DNA of 64,000 nt, taken from an uncultured Acidobacteriota bacterium. Its GTDB lineage: Bacteria; Acidobacteriota; Vicinamibacteria; Vicinamibacterales; UBA2999. Shown here in pieces: positions 28,766 to 38,275 of this stretch. How positions within the stretch are numbered: position 1 is the stretch's first letter; each line of letters starts with the position of its first letter. Location of the stretch: the NCBI GenBank assembly GCA_963707825.1, contig CAVPRP010000009.1, positions 154,602 through 218,601 of the forward strand. The letters run 5' to 3'. The position numbers and the translations under genes were made by a program. The notes below the pieces were generated by a model. That model worked only from the letters and a program-made list of their open reading frames with translations. It had not been told where the DNA came from and did not search any database.

Positions 28766-31712
28766 ATGTCAACGATGCGGCGAGCCGTGTGGCTCCTGGC
28801 GTTGTTCCTACTCACCAGCGTCTCGGCATCGGCGCAGCAGACGACCGGCACCATTGTCGGTCGCGTGCTCGATGACCAGGGCGCGGCCATTCCCGGCGCC
28901 ACGGTCATCGCCTCGAGTGCCTCGACCGGCTTCACGCGCGAAGCGATCTCGCGATGCCGAAGGCGTCTACCGCCTGAACGCGCTGCCGGTCGGCCGCTAC
29001 GACCTGACGGTCGAGCTCGCCGGCTTCAGCCAGCGTCGAACGCAAGGACGTCGTCGTCAACGTCGGCCAGACGATCACGCTCGACTTCACGCTGCAAGCG
29101 TGGCGACCGTCGCGGAGACGATCACCGTCACCGCCGCAGGCGCCGCTGATCGAGTCGTCGGTGTCGTCGGTCGGCGGCGTCGTCGACATCGGCCGCATCG
29201 AGAGCATTCCGCTCAACGGCCGCCAGTTCGCGAACCTCGCCGCGACGCTGCCCGGCGTCGGCCTCGGCAACCACTCCGATCCGACCAAGAGCACGCAGTA
29301 CTCGCCGCAGATCAACGGCGGCAACGGCCGCAACGTGAACTACCAGATCGACGGCGGCGACAACAACGACGACACCGTCGGCGGCCTGCTGCAGCTGTTC
29401 CCGCTCGAGGCGATCCAGGAATTCAACTTCGTCACCTCGCGCGTCGAAGGCCGAGAACGGCCGCAGCAACGGCGGCGTGATGAACATCGTCACCAAGAGC
29501 GGCACCAACAACGCTCCGCGGCAGCTTCTTCACGCTGTTCCGCGACGATTCGATGAACGCGAAGACGACCACCGAGAAGAACAACAACAGCGACAAGCAG
29601 GACTACCGCCGCTACCAGTACGGCGGCAGCTTCGGCGGCCCGATCGTCAAGGACAAGGTCGCACTACTTCGGCGCGGTCGAGCGCACGCAGCAGGACACC
29701 TTCCAGGTCGGTGTCAACACGAGGGTCTGTTCCCGGCGCAAGACGGCACCTACGCCACGCCGTATCGCGAGACGCTGCTGAACGTGAAGGTGACCGCCAA
29801 CATCACCCCGAGCCAGTACCTGTCGGTTCGCTACGGCCGCAACCAGAACTCGCAGCCGTACGGCGCCGACGTCGAACCGCGCGCCGAGCAACTGGGGCGA
29901 CAGCACCAACGACGTTCAACTCGATCAACCTGAACCACAACTGGGTGCTCGGCGGCACCAAGCTGAACGAGTTCATCTTCCAGTACGCCGACTTCGCCGA
30001 ACGACATCACGGCGCGCAGCCACGATCCCTACCAGATCTTCCCGAACGGCGTGGCCGTCGGGCAGAGCCCGAACACGCCGCAGACCACGCGAGCAGAAGA
30101 AGTGGCAGTTCCGCGACGACTTCTCGTGGCACCTCACCGGCAAGGGCGGCGTCGGCCACGACTTCAAGACCGGCGTGAACTTCATCAACGAGCCGACGCC
30201 TGTACATCAGTTCAACACGCGGCAAGGGCGTCGTGCAGTACACCCACCTGACCGACAACGTCGAACGGACCGATTTCGACGGTCACCCTCAACGACGGCG
30301 ACGCGTCGGCCAACATCCCGCTGAAGCAGTACGCGTTCTTCGTCCAGGACGACTGGGCGGTGAACGACAAGCTGACGCTGAACGTCGGCCTGCGCTACGA
30401 CCTGATCGACGGCTACCAGTTCGACCAGTCGAAGAACCCGAACTTCGTCAAGATGCAGGACGCCGGCCGCGCCGGGCAGCTCACCGGCATCAAGGGCCTG
30501 GAGAACTTCGGCCAGGATCCCGAAGGACGACACCAACAACTGGCAGCCGCGCCTCGGGCTTCGCCTACGACGTGCGCGGCAACGGCAAGGACGTGATCCG
30601 CGGCGGCTGGGGCATCTACATGGACATGGCCTACACCAACTCGAACGCGCTGTTCGCGGCCAGCGACGCCACCGGCAAGGGCTTCGGCGCCGTGCTGTCG
30701 GTCGACAACCAGCCGGGCATTCGCAACCCGGACGGCACGCTTCTACCAGGCCGGCCAGCCGCTGTCGAACATCGCGAGCCAGAACCAGTCGAATCCGAAC
30801 GCGCTGCCGCTGTTCGGCCAGTTCACCGATCCGCGCCTGCAGATGCCGTACACGCGGCAGACCTCGCTCGGCTGGTCGCACGAGCTGTCGCCGAGCACCG
30901 TGTTCACGGCCGACTTCGTCCGCGCCGACGGCCGCGACCTCAACGTCCGGCCGCGCATCAACACGCGCATCATCCCGAACGGCGCCGCGCGTGCTGGCGT
31001 TCCTGAACCTCGCTGCCCAACGCGATCGGCACGCGGCCGGCGATCAGCCGCGGCGAGAGCGAAGTACACCGCGCTCATCACCGGCGTCAAGCGCCGCATG
31101 ACGAACAACATCGATTTCGCGGTCACCTACACGCTGGCCGAAGCGCGCAGCCAGATCGGCACGGCGTCCGACGAGCTGAACGCCAACCTGCTGCAGGACG
31201 CCGACGCTGCTGTACGACGACCCGCGCGTCTACGGCCCGACGTCGCGCACCGATGCGCGGCACTCGGGCTCGCTCGTCGATGGTCTGGCTGGTGAAGGGC
31301 TTCACCATCGCGCCGACCTACTTCTACCGTTCGCCGCTGCCGGTGCAGACCATCACGGGCGTCGACGCCAACCTCAACGGCGAGAACAACGACCTGCCGG
31401 AGCGCGCCTACCAGTTCACGGACGTCGGCCAGGCGCCGGAGGACATCGGCGCGTGCGAGACCTGGAACTGCAGCCGCGGCGCGTGGCGCACGCAGATGAA
31501 CCTGCGCGTCTCGCATGGCTTCGGCCTGGGCGGGCAGCGCGCGCATCGAGGCGATTGCCGAGGTGTTCAACCTGCTGAACGCCAAGAACCCGAACTTCAC
31601 CATCGTCAACAACCAGACGAGCGCGCTGTTCATGCAGCCCGACGCGTTCGCGGGTGACTTCCAGCAGCGCGAACAGCGCGTCGGCCAGATCGGCTTCCGC
31701 TTCTCGTTCTAG
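28766..31712 (+). pseudogene. TonB-dependent receptor with carboxypeptidase-regulatory-like domain (paralog 2); about 25 frame changes
   Basis: Starts MSTMRRAVWLLALFLLTSVSASAQQTTGTIVGRVLDDQGAAIPGATV. Recognisable receptor blocks hop between all three frames: IESIPLNGRQFANL, GVMNIVTKSGTNN, DKLTLNVGLRYD, GWGIYMDMAYT, VFNLLNAKNPNF. The gene ends ...QIGFRFSF*. Confidence 0.8.
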
Positions 31713-31742
31713 TCCGGATCGACGACTCGACCGAGTCTGACA

Positions 31743-31773
31743 GGGGCGCGGTGACCGACCGGTTACCGCGCCC
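31743..31773 (+). terminator. Hairpin terminator candidate after TonB receptor 2
   Basis: GGGCGCGGT (31744-31752) pairs with ACCGCGCCC (31765-31773) around a 12-nt loop, followed by TTCGTCTGT. Confidence 0.5.
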
Positions 31774-31784
31774 TTCGTCTGTAC

Positions 31785-31920
31785 GGCCGGCTTCTGGCGC
31801 GGTAGGGGTATGGCCGCGCTTTGGCGCGGGAGGCCGGCTTTCGCCGGTAGGATGCAAGGCCGCGCCGCAGGCGCGCCCTCCGAGGCTCGCCCCGTCTTAC
31901 CTACGCGCCGAAGGCGCGCC
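31785..31920. repeat. Cluster of 4-5 short GC hairpins (REP-like) upstream of coaA
   Basis: Stems: CCGCGC/GCGCGG (31814-31829), CCGGC/GCCGG (31834-31847), GCGCC/GGCGC (31862-31874), CGCGCC/GGCGCG (31904-31918). Each has a 3-4-nt loop, and several are followed by (T)AGG. Confidence 0.4.
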
Positions 31921-31981
31921 TCACGGGCTCCCCGGTTGACCGAGACAGGGTTCCGGAGGATGCTGGACCACGGTCCTGTTG

Positions 31982-32935
31982 ATGCCGCCCCCACCCGCCA
32001 CGGCGCCGCTGTCACGCTTCCTCACTTTCGATCGTGACGCCTGGGCCAAACTCCGAGACAGCACGCCGATGACGCTCTCCGAGGACGACCTGGACGCGCT
32101 GCGGGGCCTCAACGAGAAGCTGTCACTGCAGGAAGTCGCGGAGATCTACCTGCCGTTGTCGCGGCTGCTGAACCTGCACGTCCTGGCGGCGCAGTCGCTC
32201 TATCGCGCCTCGCAGACCTTCCTCGGCAACCAGGCGGAGAAGGTGCCGTTCATCATCGGCCTGGCCGGCAGCGTCGCCGTCGGCAAGAGCACGACCGCGC
32301 GCGTGCTGCAAGCACTGCTCTCGCGCTGGCCCAATCACCCGTCGGTGGCGCTGATCACGACGGACGGATTTCTCTTCCCCAACGCGGTGCTGGAAGCCCG
32401 TGGCCTGATGCACCGGAAAGGCTTTCCCGAGAGCTACGATCGGGCCGCCCTGGTCCGCTTCCTGGCGGATCTCAAGGCCGGCTATCCCGAAGTGCACGCC
32501 CCCGTCTATTCACACCAGCGCTACGACATCGTCCCTGGCGCGGCGCAGACGGTGCGGCACCCCGACGTCGTGATCGTCGAGGGCCTGAACGTGCTGCAGG
32601 CGCCGCCGGCCAGCTACACCGAGAACCAGCTGTTCGCGTCCGACTTCTTCGACTACTCGCTCTACGTCGACGCCCGCGAGCGCGACATCGAGTCGTGGTA
32701 CGTCGAGCGCTTCCTGCGGCTGCGCGATACGGTGTTCCAGGATCCCCTGTCGTATTTCCATCGCTACGCCGACGTCAGCGAAGACGAGGCGCGGACGATC
32801 GCCGCGGACATCTGGGCTCGCATCAACGGCGTGAACCTGCGCGAGAACATCCTGCCGACGCGGATGCGCGCGCACCTGATCCTGCAGAAGGGCGCCGACC
32901 ATCGCGTGGAACGCGTGCAGCTGCGCCGCGTCTGA
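31982..32935 (+). CDS. coaA: Type I pantothenate kinase
   Basis: Blocks are near-identical to E. coli CoaA as I recall it: [78 protein letters not shown]. Confidence 0.9.
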   Translation: MPPPPATAPLSRFLTFDRDAWAKLRDSTPMTLSEDDLDALRGLNEKLSLQEVAEIYLPLSRLLNLHVLAAQSLYRASQTFLGNQAEKVPFIIGLAGSVAVGKSTTARVLQALLSRWPNHPSVALITTDGFLFPNAVLEARGLMHRKGFPESYDRAALVRFLADLKAGYPEVHAPVYSHQRYDIVPGAAQTVRHPDVVIVEGLNVLQAPPASYTENQLFASDFFDYSLYVDARERDIESWYVERFLRLRDTVFQDPLSYFHRYADVSEDEARTIAADIWARINGVNLRENILPTRMRAHLILQKGADHRVERVQLRRV

Positions 32936-32968
32936 AACCGCGTCACCCGCAGGTAATCGAGGACGACC

Positions 32969-33274
32969 ATGGCGCTTTTGATTCCGGTGCTGAGGGCGGT
33001 GCTGCCGCACCTCGGCACGATCCTGTCGGCGGCGTCGCCGGCGTTCTCGTCGCGCACCGCCGATCCGGAGATCGCCGAACTGCGCGCGGCCGTGTCCCGG
33101 AACGCCGCCCACACCAAGGAGCTGGCAGAGCAGCTCGAGCGCACGGTGACCGCGCTCGACGAGACCGCGCGCGTTGCCGAAGCGCGCCTGCGCCTGGCCC
33201 TGTGGATGGCCGGCGGCGCCCTGGCGCTGGCCGCCGTGGCGCTGGTGCTGGCGATCGTCGCGTTCAGCCGCTAA
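32969..33274 (+). CDS. Small hypothetical protein with a C-terminal transmembrane helix
   Basis: 101-aa ORF starting at ATG. Coiled-coil-like middle section and a C-terminal hydrophobic stretch, LALWMAGGALALAAVALVLAIVAF. Confidence 0.45.
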   Translation: MALLIPVLRAVLPHLGTILSAASPAFSSRTADPEIAELRAAVSRNAAHTKELAEQLERTVTALDETARVAEARLRLALWMAGGALALAAVALVLAIVAFSR

Positions 33275-33357
33275 TCCGCCGATTTCAGTAGATGCCGGGG
33301 TCGGCGTCCGACGGCCATCGGTGTGGGGCCGAGGGTTCTCGGGCAGCTCGATGGCAG

Positions 33358-33918
33358 CTAGCGGAAGAGCCGGGCGAGCGGCAGGCTGAATCCCGGCAGC
33401 AATGGCGTCGTCAACAACCGATCGGCGCGCTCGTGCGCCACCTTGGGGAAATCGCCACCCGGCGCCCGGCGATAGACGGTCACGTCGCAGGCCTTCGGAT
33501 CGATCACCCAGTATTCCCTCACGCCGCCGCGATCGAAGAGGTCTCTCTTGATGCCCAGATCCCGCTTGCGGGTGCCGGGCGACAGGATCTCGACGACCAG
33601 CGCTGGTGCGCCCTGGATGTTCGGCTCCGTGAGAATTTCCAGCTGATCGCCCGCCACGAACACCAGGTCGGGTTCAACCACGTCCCAAGGGGAGAAGACG
33701 GTGTCGAGCGGTGAGAGCAACACCTGACCGACGTCGGACCGCTCTTCCAGAAAATTGGCGATCGCCAGATACAGCCGGCCCAATAGTTTCTGGTGCCGCA
33801 ACACGGGCGAAGGCGTCACGTAGTGCGCCCCATCAATGAGCTCGTGCCGCATCCCGTCGTCAGGGAATCGCACGAAGTCGTCGTAGGTGAGGCGCGTATC
33901 GCGGTGAGCGGTCGGCAT
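33358..33918 (-). CDS. Uma2-family (DUF820) endonuclease-fold protein
   Basis: Motifs: HELIDGAHYVTPSP, VEPDLVFV and VVEILSPGTRKRDLGIKRDLF..GVREYWVIDP, matching the PD-(D/E)xK pattern of the family. Confidence 0.75.
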   Translation of the reverse strand: MPTAHRDTRLTYDDFVRFPDDGMRHELIDGAHYVTPSPVLRHQKLLGRLYLAIANFLEERSDVGQVLLSPLDTVFSPWDVVEPDLVFVAGDQLEILTEPNIQGAPALVVEILSPGTRKRDLGIKRDLFDRGGVREYWVIDPKACDVTVYRRAPGGDFPKVAHERADRLLTTPLLPGFSLPLARLFR

Positions 33919-34114
33919 GGCGTTCTCCCCGTCCACGAGTCGATCTTACACCTCGTCACGGCGCAACTTAGAGCGAGAGGCATGCCACGCCGTGACGCGG
34001 TGATCGAGCGTGGACGAGCGGCGAACGCCGCAGAAAGTTTCGTTTTGAAGCCTGCGCTGATTGCAGTAATTGCGGACTGCTGCTGGCGGCCAAGCCTGGC
34101 GTTATAGTCGGACC

Positions 34115-34606
34115 ATGGCCGAGAACAACGCCGACGTGGATCGCCTCAACGCCGTGGGCGTGCTCACCCGCCGCGAAATCGAAGCTCGCATCCTTGCTCC
34201 CGTCGTGAACGCGCTCGGTCAGGAGTTCGGGCGCGAGCGTGTGATCGAGATCGTGCGCGACGTCATCGTCGGGCTGGCGCGGGAGCAGGGCCGGGCAATG
34301 GCCGAGGCGCGACAGGATGCGTCACTCTCGAGTTTTGCCGCCACGCTGGAACCCTGGACCCGCGACGGAGCGCTGGCGATGACGGTGCGAGCACAGTCGG
34401 ATGACGAGCTGGCGTTCGACGTCACCCGCTGCCGCTACGCCGAGATGTATCGTGCGCTCGGCATCCCTGAGCTGGGGGCGGTGCTGTCCTGTAATCGTGA
34501 TGCGGCGCTGATTGAAGGCTTCAATCCCGAGGTCCACTTCAGCCGGACGCAGACGATCATGGGCGGCGCCAGCCACTGTGATTTCCGTTACCGCAAATCG
34601 CGCTGA
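34115..34606 (+). CDS. L-2-amino-thiazoline-4-carboxylic acid hydrolase-like protein
   Basis: Start trimmed to ATG 34115. C-terminal CRYAEMY...VLSCNRDAAL...GGASHCDFRYRK resembles the ATC-hydrolase family from memory only. Confidence 0.55.
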   Translation: MAENNADVDRLNAVGVLTRREIEARILAPVVNALGQEFGRERVIEIVRDVIVGLAREQGRAMAEARQDASLSSFAATLEPWTRDGALAMTVRAQSDDELAFDVTRCRYAEMYRALGIPELGAVLSCNRDAALIEGFNPEVHFSRTQTIMGGASHCDFRYRKSR

Positions 34607-34662
34607 CCCGGTCGCGTTTGCGCTATCATCGGGCCGCCTGCCTGGGTCGCCGGAGGACTCAC

Positions 34663-35559
34663 ATGTTCCGCGCCAGGATCTTCCCGCTCGTCGGCGTTGC
34701 CGCAGCCGTGGCGCTCTCCGTGTTGCCCGCCGGTGCCGACCAGCGGGGCGGACACCGTGACGGCGGAAGCGGCCAGCCGCAGGCGACTCCCCCACCCGAT
34801 ACCGGACGCCACGCGGTGCCACGGCCCGTTGACGGTGGCCCGGCTGCCGGTGGCGCCGGTCGTGATGTCGTCGTGATGACGCCGGGCGTCGGCGCGCAGC
34901 ACTACCGACCTCCGTATGCCTACCCGGGTCCCGTCTACGGCCCGTACCGCCACCCCGTCTATAACTCGTTCCGCGGCCCGACCTACGGCCCGTACCCCGG
35001 TCCCGTCTACGGTTCGCCGTACCGCTACTCGCATCCGTACTACGCGTTCCGGCCGCACACGACGCTCGGCATCGGGTTCTACGCAGGGTTCGCGGTACCG
35101 TTCCCGAGTTTTGCCTACGGAGGCTTCTCTCCCTACTACGGCGGCGCGTACGGGTATCCCGCGCCCTACCCGGTGCCGTATCCGGTGCCCTATCCCTCGC
35201 CGTACCCGTCGACCGGCTATCCCGCCTACAACTCGTCCGGATATCCCCCGATTGGTAGTCCGGGGCAGGTTCCGCCGCCGGGCGGCATCACGATGGTGCC
35301 GGGGTCCACGGCTCCAGGGACGGTGGCCTACGGAGGCGTCAGCATCGAGGTGACGCCCAGGGACGCGGAGGTGTGGGTCGATGGCGGTTACGCCGGACGC
35401 GCGGACGACTTCGGTCCGCAGGACCGGCCGCTGACGCTGGCGACCGGCGTGCATCGCGTCGAACTGCGCGCGCCGGGCTATCAGCCGCTCGCGTTCGACG
35501 TCAACGTCGCGGCTGGGTATGTGGTGCCGTTCCAGGGAGTCCTGCAACCGCAGCCGTAA
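34663..35559 (+). CDS. Secreted Pro/Tyr-rich protein with a C-terminal PEGA domain
   Basis: Signal peptide MFRARIFPLVGVAAAVALSVLPAGA. Low-complexity P/Y/G region (YPAPYPVPYPVPYPSPYPS). PEGA-like VSIEVTPRDAEVWVDGGYAG...VELRAPGYQP. Confidence 0.7.
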   Translation: MFRARIFPLVGVAAAVALSVLPAGADQRGGHRDGGSGQPQATPPPDTGRHAVPRPVDGGPAAGGAGRDVVVMTPGVGAQHYRPPYAYPGPVYGPYRHPVYNSFRGPTYGPYPGPVYGSPYRYSHPYYAFRPHTTLGIGFYAGFAVPFPSFAYGGFSPYYGGAYGYPAPYPVPYPVPYPSPYPSTGYPAYNSSGYPPIGSPGQVPPPGGITMVPGSTAPGTVAYGGVSIEVTPRDAEVWVDGGYAGRADDFGPQDRPLTLATGVHRVELRAPGYQPLAFDVNVAAGYVVPFQGVLQPQP

Positions 35560-35669
35560 TCGCGCGCCGACGGATGCGCCCCGCGGCCGGGGACCATCCG
35601 GAACACGTATAATCCGGGCACGCCCGGGGTGGCATTCGACCCCTCCCGGCGCGTCCTGGAGGATTCGTG

Positions 35670-36314
35670 ATGACGAAGCATGTGAAGGGACGCCGGCAGC
35701 TGATGACCGGCCTGGGTGTGACTGCGACTGCCGTGGCACTGGGCGCGGCATCGATCGACGCGCAGTCGCCGGCCGGCACGTTCGCGCCCGCCCGCCACGA
35801 GCCCGACGAGTGGATGGGGAAGCTGCCCGGCAAGCACCGGGTCGTCCTCGACGTCACGTCGCCTGCCGGAATCCCCGATGCCATCCGCTTCACCGGCAAT
35901 CTCTTCACCGGCAACAAGACCGGCTACGGCGTGGACGAGGCGGACGTGGCCATCATCATGGTGCTGCGACACTCCGCCACGGCCTATGGCTACACCGACG
36001 CCATCTGGTCGAAGTACGGCAAGTCGATGGCCAGCGGTGGCGACCCCGCCGCGCCGCCGCCGACAACTAACAGTTTCAACACCGGCGATCGCATGCAGCT
36101 GGCGGATCTCGCCAAGCGGGGCGTGCGCTTCATGGTCTGCGGCACCGCCAGCCGCGGACTGTCGCGCCGCATCGCCGGCCAGACGGCCGATGCGGATGCG
36201 GTCTTGAAGGAAATGGAAGCCAACCTCATTCCGAGCGCGCGCCTCGTCGCGGCGGGCGTGGTGGGTGTGACCCACGCGCAGGAGTACGGCTTCAGCCTGT
36301 TGTTCGTCGGATAA
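35670..36314 (+). CDS. Tat-signal DsrE/DsrF-like family protein
   Basis: GGAGGA lies 7 nt before the ATG. Twin-arginine signal GRRQLMTGLGV. Motifs: KHRVVLDVTS, GVRFMVCGTA, and the C-terminal QEYGFSLLFVG. The pattern fits COG1416-type DsrE-like proteins from memory. Confidence 0.5.
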   Translation: MTKHVKGRRQLMTGLGVTATAVALGAASIDAQSPAGTFAPARHEPDEWMGKLPGKHRVVLDVTSPAGIPDAIRFTGNLFTGNKTGYGVDEADVAIIMVLRHSATAYGYTDAIWSKYGKSMASGGDPAAPPPTTNSFNTGDRMQLADLAKRGVRFMVCGTASRGLSRRIAGQTADADAVLKEMEANLIPSARLVAAGVVGVTHAQEYGFSLLFVG

Positions 36315-36410
36315 GGCGCCTCCTTCGCGGTCAGTGACGGGAGGGCGCCGCGCGCCAGCCGTCGTGTGATTTGTGCCTCATGTGAACCCGATGTCTCCGA
36401 GGAGTTGTCC

Positions 36411-37109
36411 ATGCATGACACCAGCACGCACCCCCGTCGCGGCTTCCTCGCCGGATTGTTCGGCGTGGCGGCAGCCGCCAGTCTGCCCTCCGTCGCGGCC
36501 GCACAAGTTGGTGGCGGCGACGCCTGGATCAAGGAAGTGCCGGGGAAATACCGGTGCTTCTTCGACTGCCCGCAGCACATGAACGGCTTCGGGCTGTTGC
36601 ACGTCCTCAACTATCTGTCGACCTACGCGGCCACCGGCGCCGCCGCCGGCCAGGCCGGCGCGGTGAGCTCGTTCTACAGCGTCGGCTCCGCCTCCAGCAT
36701 CGGCCTTGGATTCAACGACGCGATGTGGGCGAAGTACGGGCTCGGTGAATACCTGGGGCTGAAGGATGCGAGCGGGAAGCCGTACACGCGGAACGTGTTC
36801 GCCAGTCCGACCAAGGAAGATGGCCACCTGCTGACCCAGCGGATTCAGATGCCCCTGATCCCGATGGCTGGCGAGGCCATGACGGGCCTGGCGATTCCCA
36901 ACCTGCAGAAGATGGGCACCAAGTTCCTGCTGTGCGACAACGCGCTCGGCTTGTGGACGCTGGAACTCGAAGCCAAGGGCAAGGGCGCCGCGGCGGCGAT
37001 CGGCAAGGACCTGCGCGCCAACCTGCTGCCCGGTGTCACGATCGTGCCGGCGATGGTCATCGCGATCCAGCAGGCGCAGGCCGCGGGCATTTCGTACAAC
37101 AGGCAGTGA
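36411..37109 (+). CDS. Tat-signal protein, possibly a distant DsrE-like paralog of the preceding gene
   Basis: GAGGAG RBS and twin-arginine signal PRRGFLAGLFGVAAAAS. Motifs: GKYRCFFDC, GTKFLLCDNA, and the C-terminal QAAGISYNRQ. Architecture parallels the preceding gene. Confidence 0.4.
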   Translation: MHDTSTHPRRGFLAGLFGVAAAASLPSVAAAQVGGGDAWIKEVPGKYRCFFDCPQHMNGFGLLHVLNYLSTYAATGAAAGQAGAVSSFYSVGSASSIGLGFNDAMWAKYGLGEYLGLKDASGKPYTRNVFASPTKEDGHLLTQRIQMPLIPMAGEAMTGLAIPNLQKMGTKFLLCDNALGLWTLELEAKGKGAAAAIGKDLRANLLPGVTIVPAMVIAIQQAQAAGISYNRQ

Positions 37110-37149
37110 CGATTCGTTCGTCCGTGGTTTCGATGGTCAAGGAGGCAGC

Positions 37150-38241
37150 ATGAAGAAGTCGATCGGCGTACTCGCGGTCCTGGCGCTCGCCAGCCCGTGG
37201 ATGGCCGCCGCCCAAACACCCACCGCCGAGGCGCAGATCACCGAGGCCGTCTCGATCCTGCCCGACGATCTGCGCGCCGGGGCCACCGTGGTCACCTACG
37301 ACGCGACCACCGGCGAACGCAAGGTGCTCCGGCAGGGCACGAACTTCCTCGAGTGCCAGCCGAAGATGGCCGACGGATTCGAGCGCTGCTACCACAAGGC
37401 GTTCGGGCCGCGCCGCGATCTCGAGGCCAAGCTCACCGCGCAGAAGAAGTCCGAGAAGGAAGTCAGCGAGGCCGTCGCCGCCGCGCAGAAGGCCGGGACC
37501 CTTCCAGCGCCGCCGCCGGGGATGATGTCCTACCGCGGCTACGACAAGCGCGATCGCATCCAGAACCTCTGGGTCTGGTCGCAGCCCAACGCGACGCCGG
37601 AGCAGATTGGCGTCTCGACCACCAGCCAGCGCGACAACGCGCTCGAAGGGCACGGGCTGCCCTGGATGATGCTGCCCGGCACCCCGGGCTCGCACATCAT
37701 GATCCCGATCAACCCGACGCCCAAGACCTCGTCGATCACCGACGAAGCGGCAGATGAAATCACCCAGGCGACGCTGCCGTTGCCGGAGGACCTGCGCGCG
37801 GGCGCGGCGGTCTACAAGTACGATCCGAAGACCGGCGATCGCATCGCGCTGCGCCCGGGCACCAACGCCCTCGAGTGCATGCCACGCGGGGCGGACGGCT
37901 TCACCTGGTGCTACAACAAGGTCAGCGCGCCCCGCCGCGACATGTCAGCCAAGCTCAGGGCGCAGGGCGCGGACGACAAGGCGATCCAACTCGCGGTCGA
38001 GGAGGCCACCAAGGCCGGGACCCTCAAGCCGACGCCGTTCGGCACGATGTCGTACCGGCTCTATGGCAAGCGCGATCGCATCCAGTTGCTGTGGGTCCTG
38101 TCGGTGCCGGGCGCCACGCCGGACACGATCGGCGTGACGACGGCAAGCGCGCGTGAGGACGCGCTGGAACTGCGCGGGACGCCGTGGCTGATGCTGCCCG
38201 GAACACCCGGAGCGCACATCATGATCCCGATCAACAAGTAG
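37150..38241 (+). CDS. Secreted protein of unknown function built from two ~175-aa internal repeats
   Basis: AAGGAGG RBS and signal peptide MKKSIGVLAVLALASPWMAAAQ. Both halves share LP(D/E)DLRAGA, GTNxLEC..(10)..C, MSYR.Y.KRDRIQ.LWV, and PW(M/L)MLPGTPG(S/A)HIMIPIN. Confidence 0.6.
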   Translation: MKKSIGVLAVLALASPWMAAAQTPTAEAQITEAVSILPDDLRAGATVVTYDATTGERKVLRQGTNFLECQPKMADGFERCYHKAFGPRRDLEAKLTAQKKSEKEVSEAVAAAQKAGTLPAPPPGMMSYRGYDKRDRIQNLWVWSQPNATPEQIGVSTTSQRDNALEGHGLPWMMLPGTPGSHIMIPINPTPKTSSITDEAADEITQATLPLPEDLRAGAAVYKYDPKTGDRIALRPGTNALECMPRGADGFTWCYNKVSAPRRDMSAKLRAQGADDKAIQLAVEEATKAGTLKPTPFGTMSYRLYGKRDRIQLLWVLSVPGATPDTIGVTTASAREDALELRGTPWLMLPGTPGAHIMIPINK

Positions 38242-38275
38242 GCGGTCCGGTCTGGCATTACGCGCTTCTGCTCCA

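Noticed and set aside
33358-33918. The Uma2-family endonuclease-fold gene as part of a restriction or defence island.
   Set aside because: It is a solitary gene. Its neighbours are a small membrane protein and an ATC-hydrolase-like enzyme. No methyltransferase, ATPase, toxin-antitoxin or other defence partner is nearby.
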